From positions 150,242,327 to 150,306,326 of the forward strand of contig NC_068981.1 of assembly GCF_001194135.2 (NCBI RefSeq): a stretch of DNA of 64,000 bases, written 5' to 3'. Under the pieces are notes generated by a model. It made no database searches. It was not told the DNA's origin and saw nothing but the letters and a program-made list of their open reading frames with translations. Positions 54,698-64,000 of the stretch are shown piece by piece. Position 1 is the stretch's first letter. Every line of letters starts with the position of its first letter. This DNA comes from Octopus bimaculoides. Its lineage: Eukaryota. The translations under genes were made by a program, and so were the position numbers.

Positions 54698-54975
54698 TAT
54701 ATTTATATAATGGGCATTACTACAGAAAAAATAATAATGCCACACGCTGGACTTCTCAAAATAACCACATTTAGTACCGAATGCGAGGGAAAACAACCAA
54801 CAGAAGACGACCAACTTTCTTTTAAAAAGAGTTTTTTTAAAGTTTTTTAAAAGAAAGTTGGTCGTCTTCTGTTTGGTTGTTTTTCCTCGCATTCGGTACT
54901 AAATGTGATTATTTTGAGAAGTCCAGCGTGTGGCATTATTAGTTTTTCTGTAGTAATGCCCATTATATAAATATA
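54698..54975. repeat. Near-perfect long inverted repeat (foldback MITE-like)
   Basis: Arms 54698-54828 and 54844-54975 are reverse complements with about 4 differences; 15-nt spacer; TA-rich ends. Confidence 0.95.
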
Positions 54976-56584
54976 TACATATATATGTTAACGCATGTAT
55001 ATATTTATATGATACAACACATTCATCGACAGTATATTCATAGGTATTAGATATCAAAAGAAACATTCATAGTAAGTCAAACAAATGCAATGGATCTTAA
55101 TATCGACTAATTCTTTTACAAATGACATTGTATTTTTGAAATATGACAACATTGCTTTTTAAATAAAATATAATTTCAATTCGCTTTGAAATATCTGTCA
55201 TGCAGTAAGATAATAAACATAAGAAATACATTGAAACCTAATCTCGACTAATTTTTAAATAACTAATTGTAATTATATAATGATAAGAACAAATTAGTCA
55301 TCAAATGAAATCCATTTCCATTTGGTTTTGGTTTTGTTACCTGTAGTCTTTAGTACGGAGTATATATTAGTGTTATAACTCCTTCACTGTAATGGTAATC
55401 ATTGTATCATATACACATGATTGTACATTTATAATCGATTAAATCATATCACAAACTTTATGGTGCAATAAAATCTATTAGTTTATATTAAACTATAATC
55501 ACACTTGTATTTATTTTATCAGCCTATGAAGAATAACAAAGTTGAAAATGGTAAGATATAATCACCAAAGCTAAATGATTGCTGCAGAATATTTTGTTCC
55601 GCGTCCTATGAATCCATCAACCCGCATCAATCTAATAATAATTATTTCTAATTGTCACACGACCAGAGCAATTCAAAAACTTATATTTCTTGACAAATGC
55701 ATTCGACCTCGTCTCATTACAGTCGGTCCAACATAACTTTCGAAAGAATACTAACGAATTCCTGATGTAAATTTATATATTTCATGGTCATCACTAATGA
55801 TTTACTTAGCCACATATCGAATTGTGTGCATAATATAAAATTCATTTATATACATTCGATTACGGTTAATATTCTGTAACTACTTCCATCAGAGGGTTAA
55901 GAATCAGTTGGTTTTTTTGACCAATACATTTGACATTCTGTGTCTTCCAACCAATTTGTACTTCTGACTAAGCTATCAATAATTTTATATTTTCACGAAT
56001 GCTTTTGATAAATTTTCTTAGAGTTACATACATATATGCATGCAAACATATACATGCATGTATTTACAAGCGCGCACACACACAGACGCAAACATATATT
56101 TATTTATTTATATACAGACACATTCACACATGTATGCGCGCGTAGATGTAGGCATCTACGTGTATATATATGTGTGTGTTTGTGTGTGTGTGTGTGTGTG
56201 TGTATCTGTATGTGTGTATGTTCTTCTCCCTTTTCAGTTTAGAGTAAATTTTGACTGGATACCTACTCGGTAGCAATGTTGTGATGGAAAGTATCTTTTT
56301 TTAAAACCATCATCCTTTAAGTATTAACAACGTCTTGTCAATTTTAATTGACCCAGATATCATGATCATTTGTAGTATATGAATTAAAGATTCGCCTTCC
56401 TGTCGTCTTGACCTGGTTTTTACACTTGATTGAAGATGGTCACGGACGAGATAGTAAGGTTGACGGTGCGCGATTCATCACTTTAAGCAAAGTCACTGAG
56501 CCAAGTCATCAGTGAACCTTAAGGATGAATAGATGATCCTTGGCACTCCGATTGACGAACATGATGTATGTATTAATGGACGGA

Positions 56585-56715
56585 TATTAATTAAGGCTTT
56601 CGGTTCACGACCATAACGTCGAGGGTTCGATTCCTGGACCACGAAGCGTTATGTTTCCTTGAACATGGCAGTTCATTTCACCCTGTGTCTCTCTGCTCAG
56701 CCGAAAATAAGAACC
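56585..56715 (+). mobile_element. Old tRNA/CORE-like SINE head (family D)
   Basis: B box GGTTCGATTCC (56624-56634), then gcgttatgtttccttgaacatggcagttcatttcac resembling a CORE-like gtgtccttgagcaagacact. Confidence 0.5.
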
Positions 56716-57179
56716 ACTCCAGTGCTGGTGCAGTGTCCTTTTCTCGATGTTTCACTGGTTTGAGGGTAGTAGGGCAGATAATGTATGTCTGCTTACAACT
56801 AAATACGACCCACTCCATAATCGCTTGCGACTGATGGCTAAAATTTTACGTATTCTTTCATGGTTAAGAATTTTGTTCACAATCACGATTTCGGGTTCAT
56901 GTTTTTCTATAACTTCCAGGTGACCAGTGAATTGTGAATGAAATCTGCGGTCTTTAAACATCAGATTAATATGTGTACAAGCCCTAAAATTGAGTTCAGT
57001 GTTTTTGAAGGAGGAGTACGGTTGTAGACGTCATATTTCTGATCGTCAGATGAAACATTTTACAAGTTGTTTGTGACCCGTTATATATACATTCTTATTT
57101 GTGTGTGTGTGTGCGTGTGTGATTGTGTTTGTGTGTGTGTATACATATAAAGATAGAATAGTTTTATGTGTGTGTATCT

Positions 57180-57552
57180 TTTATGTTTTACTTCTTTCAT
57201 TTATTAGACTGCAGCCATGCTGGTGTACCACCTTCAAGAAATTTTAGTCTAATGAATCTACTCTATTCCTTATTTCTTTTGGAAACCTGGTACTTATTCT
57301 ATCAGTCTATTTTCCTGAGCTGCTAAGTTACAGGGACGTAAACACACCGTCACCAATTGCCAAGCGGTGGTGAGGACAAATACAGACGCACGCACACACA
57401 CACACACGCGCATATATATATACGACGGGCTTCTTTTAGTTTCCATCAGCCAAATCCACTCACAAGGCTTTGGTTGGCCCGAGACTGGATTTGAACCCGG
57501 AGTCATGTGGTTGGGAAACAATATTTTTTACCACACAGCTACGTCGGCGCCT
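57180..57552 (-). mobile_element. SINE family B, internally deleted
   Basis: Reverse complement of family B from tail (tagactgcagccatgctgg) to head (aggcgccgacgtagctgtgtggt at 57552). Confidence 0.85.
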
Positions 57553-57570
57553 CAAATTATCAGCCACAGG

Positions 57571-57643
57571 TGCCAAATCACAGGATTGTACCGGGGGCCT
57601 TTAGATCTTTAGTCTAACGCTCTCCCAACTGAGTTATCTCGGC
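57571..57643 (-). pseudogene. tRNA-Phe pseudogene (anticodon reads AAA)
   Basis: - strand GCCGAGATAACTCAGTTGGGAGAGCGTTAGACT-AAA-GATCTAAAGGCCCCCGGTACAATCCTGTGATTTGGCA, 73 nt, collinear with metazoan tRNA-Phe(GAA). G34A, TTC loop changed to TAC, T-stem and acceptor-stem mismatches. Confidence 0.9.
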
Positions 57644-58382
57644 TGTATGTATGTATGATATAATCAGTAGCATGCTGTGATGCTGTACGCTTTACCAGAT
57701 ATTTTTGAATCACTGTTCAGATTAAAATTCTTCTCTTCTCGTATTGCATTAAAACCATCTTATACAAACAGCGATAAGTTAATTGCTATTAGGAATTGTC
57801 ACAAAAACCACTTACAGATATTTTGAATGAATTTAATAAGTACATTTCAAGTGATTAACAACTTGATCTGTCACAACCATTTTCATCCCTATATATGGGG
57901 ACAAATTGTATTCCATGAATGCATTTCGCTTAAAATTGACTGATGAGATTTGTAACTACATAGCAACTAACAATTTAAAATAATTTCATGTACATATGTA
58001 CATATGAAAGAGAAATTCTAACATAAAGAGAAATTCTAGATACCCTAAATTTATCTTCTGTTAAAAGAGAATAGTAATCAAATTCAACGTGACACTTTGC
58101 TACGAACTCCAATTAAGAAAGGAAGGTAATATCAAGAACCAAGGATTCTTAAAATATGACGTGTCATTAAAGAACAGTCAGTGTGATTGTTTGGAGAAAA
58201 GAAGACAACTGTGGAGATATGTTTCAGCCAAAATAGACATAATCAACATATCAATTCAACCTTAACTCCAGCTGACGTGAGACATCGACACGTTCAAGTA
58301 TAGTAGGTATCTTTTATGTCGTAGTTAAATAACTTAGGAGGGCCAGTGGCTCGTATGCGCATAATAAAGACGCACGAAAGTA

Positions 58383-58594
58383 TATTCTTTTCTACTCTAA
58401 GCACAAGGCCTGAAATTTTGGGGGATGGGGCCAGATTAGATCAACTCAAGTACGCAACTGGTACTTAATTTATCGACCCTGAAAGGATGAGAGACAAAGT
58501 CAAACTCAGCGGGATTTGAACTCAGAACGTATAGACAGACGAAATACCGCTAAGCATTTCGCCCGGCGTGCTAACGTTTCTGCCAGCTCACCGC
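58383..58594 (-). mobile_element. SINE family A, full length
   Basis: ...gcacaaggcctgaaattttggggg...ctggtacttaatttatcgaccctgaaaggatg...gatttgaactcagaacgta..gacagacgaaataccgctaagcatttcgcccggcgtgctaacgtttctgccagctcaccgc. Confidence 0.9.
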
Positions 58595-58778
58595 GTTGCA
58601 CAAAAGTATATGAAATAGTGTACAAGAGAAATTATTTATTGAACACATCTTGTGTTCAAGAAAAATTAAATAAATGCCTTATAACAAAACAACCAGCTTC
58701 AAATAATGAGAAATAATTTAAAATCAAGTATTCTCTGAAATTAAGATGTCATTAAGGGAACGTCAGTCGTATCACCCG

Positions 58779-58858
<80 letters not shown>

Positions 58859-59420
58859 CAAGCGTGTATGTATGTATTGTATTCGTTAATGTATGCATAT
58901 ATATGTACGCACACATGCATATACGCACACATAAATACAAACATAAATTCTGTTTCGCCCTTACATATGCATATTACCATAGTGCAAGTGTCCTCTGGTA
59001 TGTCAGCCGTCTGATGCCATTTACCTATGATGCCTCAGACACACCATTGTACTTTTACATAGCGCTGTTGCATATTTTCACATCCACACATAGCATTGCA
59101 CTCATACATAAACACAGTTCAACTCATCTCTCTACCTGCCCGAAAGTTGATCATGCTTATTTTCTTAAATACATTCTCACGTTGCTGAAAAACACTTTCC
59201 TCCATTTTCGCTTTGTCTCTGTTATATTCGTCATTCCTTTCAATATTTTTTAGTTCATCCATATTTTTTAACAAAAGGTATTTCCTTAAAAAAAAAAAAA
59301 CATCTTTAACTTCCCTCACGCACAGTTGCGTTGACTTTATATCATTGCTTTTCTTTTGTATGTTTCTTTTTGAATTGGAACATTCAAAAACTTATTAAAT
59401 AGTTTAGAGAACACGCACAC

Positions 59421-59524
<104 letters not shown>

Positions 59525-60462
59525 TGAAAAAGATTTAGGTGAATGTGTTAAATTTCAGGTAAACTATTCGTGTAGTCAGGATTTGGAATATTCCAGCCCA
59601 ATGAAGACCTGCTGATATAAAACTTTTAGGGATGAAATTTAGGAATAGATTGTTACTAGAACAGTTGTTATTGTTATAGTCTTGCTGTTAATGTTAAGGT
59701 TTAGGTTAACCCATATCGTACAGAATCCTTATGATTCAAACCATTCCAGTATCTTTTAAGGTATAACTACATAAAGATGTGTAAGACCGAAGCGTCCATT
59801 TTTCTACAAATGCATAAACATATATATGAATATTCATTTTATACATCCATTTAAGAATTTATGTGGTTTTGTAGTGAGGGCGCTAATTTGGCTGTTATGT
59901 TCAATAAATCGATTGTGCTCATTGAGGTCCCCCGCCCATTCAATGTAATATATGGATATTACAGAAAGAGGGGAAGTATCAAAAAAGGTACAGCAAAGCT
60001 ATGAGAAAATGCGTTCATCTTTACTGTTTTACATGCGTTCTGTATTCAACCTACCCAAATATTTTACATTAATATCAGTTATTTTGATGTCAACCCTATA
60101 CACAATAGACAACAGAATGCAAAAATAAACCTTCGCAGTTATTAATTTATTTTGTTCTAATACGTATAAAAAAATGGCAGCATAAATGCAAAGACACAAA
60201 TTAGATCATATAATGTTCACACTTTATAAAGATATATTCGGAAAATATATGAAATATATAAGAATCGAAACCGGATGTGATTCGTCAAAATCGGAAATAA
60301 ATTCTAAAGCACATCATCAAAATCTCAACTTTTCGTAGAGAGATAAAAAATAAAATAAACAAACATTTATTCTCGAAAGTTACCACAAAATTAAACCTAG
60401 ATTTTGTGACTTAGAATTCTGATGTTATTTATGACTCTGACAAATGTTATTTCTTCATGATA

Positions 60463-60868
60463 GAGTGGCTGTGTGGTAAGTAGTTTGCTTACCAACCACA
60501 TGGTCCCGGGTTCAGTCCCACTGCGTGGCATCTTGGGCAAGTGTCTTCTACTATAGCCTCGGGCCGACCAAAGCCTTGTGAGTGGATTTGGTAGACGGAA
60601 ACTGAAAGAAGCCTGTGGTATATATGTATATATATATGTATGTGTGTATGTGTTTTTATGTCTGTGTTTGTCCTCCCAACATCGCTTGACAACCGATGCT
60701 GGTGTGTTTATGTCCCCGTAACTTAGCGGTTCGGCAAAAGAGACCGATAGAATAAGTACTAGGCTTCCAAAGAATAAGTCCTGGGGTCGATTTGCTCGAC
60801 TAAAGGCGGTGCTCCAGCATGGCCGCAGTCAAAAGACTGAAACAAGTAAAAGAGTAAAAGAGAGTAAA
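60463..60868 (+). mobile_element. SINE family B, full length, best-preserved copy
   Basis: gagtggctgtgtggtaagtag (A-box-like), gggttcagtccc (B-box-like), CORE-like gcgtggcatcttgggcaagtgtctt, internal (TA/TG)n, (AAAAGAGT)n tail. Confidence 0.9.
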
Positions 60869-61938
60869 CAAATAAATTAACTATCTTACATGGCGTGTGA
60901 ATAGTAATATAATACACTAAGAATATCTGAGGAAAATCCACAAGAGATGTTACTTTCTACTAAATCGTGTCAGAATATAAGAAAAAAAATATGAATGGTT
61001 ACTACAAAAAAAAAAGAAAAAGAAAAACAACTATTGAAAACAAAGAAAAGAAACAGAAAGAGATTTCAGAAAACGTAGATATTTTAGGAGAAATTTCAAG
61101 TCGATTATTTGGATGTAAATGTTTCAGTCTTGCCGAATTTTCGGCTCTTTATTTGTCTTTATTTTATATTATTTGTCAGGATTCTATAATGTCGTGGGTA
61201 GCACTTATGTCGTTAAGACAGTGTGTGTTTGTTTATGTGTATGTGTGTATGTCTAAATGCGTATGTATCGTATATGTATACATACATATATATATATATA
61301 TGTATATCAACAAAGAGAAATAGATAGATAGATATTCATACATAAGTATTATATAAATATATTTGCGAATGTGCGTGTGTGTATGGATATTTGCGTATTG
61401 GATCGTGCTACTCTATCCATGCATATTTGCATTAATATCTCGTACAATGTATGTCTATATTGAAGCGTTTTTCTTCGCTCGTGACTGAGGAATAGGATAA
61501 GATATAATTTTTTCAGGAAGCAGAAGATAATAGTTATGCATCAAAGTGTATGCTGAGTTTCAGTATTATACTATCAGCAATGTACACGCACAAGCGAGAG
61601 TTGTACCACATATAGATAAACAACATAACCTTGTTGCAATTCAAAAAAAAAAAGACAACACAGTACCCTCTTCTGCTCGCGCGCGTGTGTGTGTGTAAGA
61701 CATGCCACAGAATATGCAGATGTCTTATATAATGTGGATACATTGTGACAGACTTACGTCAATGAGAATATGGTAGTGATGAAATCACCAATGCGGCCGA
61801 AAGAAGTTTGATAAACTAATTCATCATGTAATTGATCAAACGTTAATTAGGGAATGAATTGCATAATTGAAAATAATTAATTAACAAATAACTAATAATG
61901 ATAGTAAAGTTTTCTTTGATAGAACTACTGTAAGTGTA

Positions 61939-61969
<31 letters not shown>

Positions 61970-62333
61970 NNNNNNNNNNNNNNNNNNNNNNNNNNNNNNN
62001 NNNNNNNNNNNNNNNNNNNNNNNNNNNNNNNNNNNNNNNNNNNNNNNNNNNNNNNNNNNNNNNNNNNNNNNNNNNNNNNNNNNNNNNNNNNNNNNNNNNN
62101 NNNNNNNNNNNNNNNNNNNNNNNNNNNNNNNNNNNNNNNNNNNNNNNNNNNNNNNNNNNNNNNNNNNNNNNNNNNNNNNNNNNNNNNNNNNNNNNNNNNN
62201 NNNNNNNNNNNNNNNNNNNNNNNNNNNNNNNNNNNNNNNNNNNNNNNNNNNNNNNNNNNNNNNNNNNNNNNNNNNNNNNNNNNNNNTATATATATGTATA
62301 TGTAAGTATGTACATATACATATCTATATATGC

Positions 62334-62387
<54 letters not shown>

Positions 62388-62413
62388 TGCAATATTGCAA
62401 TACGTGTGCCACT

Positions 62414-62458
<45 letters not shown>

Positions 62459-63357
62459 GTATCTATCTATCTATCTATATATATATATATCGGTAAGACA
62501 ATCAATATACCGCTGCTTTGGAGTAATAATACATTGTGGAATTCTTTCAACCATCGCAAATCAGTGATGGGCCCAGTTAATCAATAAACTAAATTGTTGT
62601 TCATCATGAGTTGTGAATTATGAGTAATCTCATTTGCTAAACTGAATATATTATATTTGAGAATATTTTGTTGGGGGTATGGAAATGTGAGGTGCAGAAA
62701 TTGCTGTTGCGTCAACAAAGTACGAAAAATAAAAATAATTCCCTGTTATGATGCAAACAATCTAGCAGTCTCCAAAATCGTTCACATTAAATGTTTTTTG
62801 TTTTTTTTGTGGCAGCGTGACTTTGATTATTATATGTTTTCACTGCAATTACAGCCACATCTACTGTGCACAAACATGTTTGATGATACTGCCATACCCA
62901 ATTATATTATTGATTTCTTTCAAGTTCAAAGAGCCTCTTAGGCTTATAGAAATAAACGAGAATTTGCGCTTTTCTTAAAGATTTTTTTTAATATTTGCAA
63001 ATGCGAAAATTCTTCGATCGTGTATAAACATGGTATTTTAAGACTAGCCAACGAGGAAGACTTAGCGTAGATTAAGGTAACAACAAACCTCACTTAAATC
63101 ACTCCCTACTATTTTAATTAAATGAAATGAAATATTAACTAATGAAATCCTACATATCGTGAAAAGACAGCCGACACAGCAGGAATGACTTTCAAGTTCG
63201 ATTCTAGATACAACACTTGCGTTATTTAGACAGAAGAGAAATCTAATTACAATAATCCCATCTTTTTATGTTATGTAGTTTCAAATGAGTAAATTTGTAA
63301 TTTTCATTCCTAGGACACGCACAAACACATATATATTTCATTTTTCCTCTACTAAGA

Positions 63358-63478
63358 CCACTCACAAGGCTTTGGTTGGCTTGAGGCTATAGCAGAAGAC
63401 ACTTGCCCAAGGTGCAACGCAGTGAGACTGAACCTTAGACTATGTGGCTGTGAAGCAAGCTTCTTACCGTGCCTGTAC
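63358..63478 (-). mobile_element. 5' part of SINE family B
   Basis: ccactcacaaggctttggttggcttgaggctatagcagaagacacttgcccaaggtgcaacgcagtgagactgaacc. Confidence 0.85.
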
Positions 63479-63601
63479 TTAAATATATATGTGTGTGTGT
63501 GTGCGTGCGCGCGTGTATGTGTGTGTGTGTATGTATATATATATGTGTATGTATGCATGTATATCTATCTATATATATATATATATGTATATATATATCG
63601 A

Positions 63602-63962
63602 GGCACTCCGTCGGTTACGACGACGAGGGTTCCAGTTGATCCGATCAGAGGAACAGCCTGCTCGTGAAATTAAAGTGTCAGTGGCTGAGCACTCCACAGA
63701 TACGAGTATCCTTAACGTAGTTCTCGGGGAGATTCAGCGTGACACAGCGTGTTACAAGGCTGGCCCTTTGAAATACAGGAACAACAGAAAGAGCTAGAGA
63801 ATGCTGTAGTGAAAGAGTACAGCAGGGTTTGCCACCCACACCCCGCCGGAGCCTATTGGAGCTTTAGGGGTTTTCGCTCACTAACAACTCACGACACCCG
63901 GTCTGGGAATCGAAACCGCGTTCCTACGACTGCGAGTCCGCTGCCCTAACCACTGAGCCATT
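63602..63962 (-). mobile_element. SINE family C, near full length
   Basis: Collinear and highly similar to 10254-10643; head aatggctcagtggttagggcagcggactcgc...ggtttcgattccc. Confidence 0.9.
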
Positions 63963-63967
63963 ACTTC

Positions 63968-64000
<33 letters not shown>

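Noticed and set aside
57571-57643. Functional tRNA gene
   Set aside because: The TTC loop, T stem, acceptor stem and anticodon are all mutated; called a pseudogene instead

Overview
AT-rich, microsatellite-dense eukaryotic DNA with about 15 N-gaps, most of them flanked by simple repeats. The repeat landscape looks like an octopus/cephalopod draft genome; this is an inference from recalled SINE families, not a database match. Only one convincing host coding exon is visible (4738-4964, + strand, AG/GTAAGT, 227 nt, weakly synaptotagmin-linker-like), so most of the window is probably one very large intron or intergenic DNA. The rest is mobile-element debris: three to four tRNA-derived SINE families, a full-length but dead mariner with TIRs and TA TSD, mariner and hAT MITEs, a Penelope-like (GIY-YIG) fragment with an internal inversion, a HERO-like RLE retrotransposon 3' end, Helitron-like termini, a 278-bp near-perfect foldback, and a tRNA-Phe pseudogene. 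The most interesting signal is a set of hammerhead ribozyme motifs. An apparently intact minimal type-I hammerhead lies on the - strand (14983-15040). A decayed copy of the same small element lies on the + strand (25009-25065). A third hammerhead-like motif sits inside the Penelope-like element (26951-26985).
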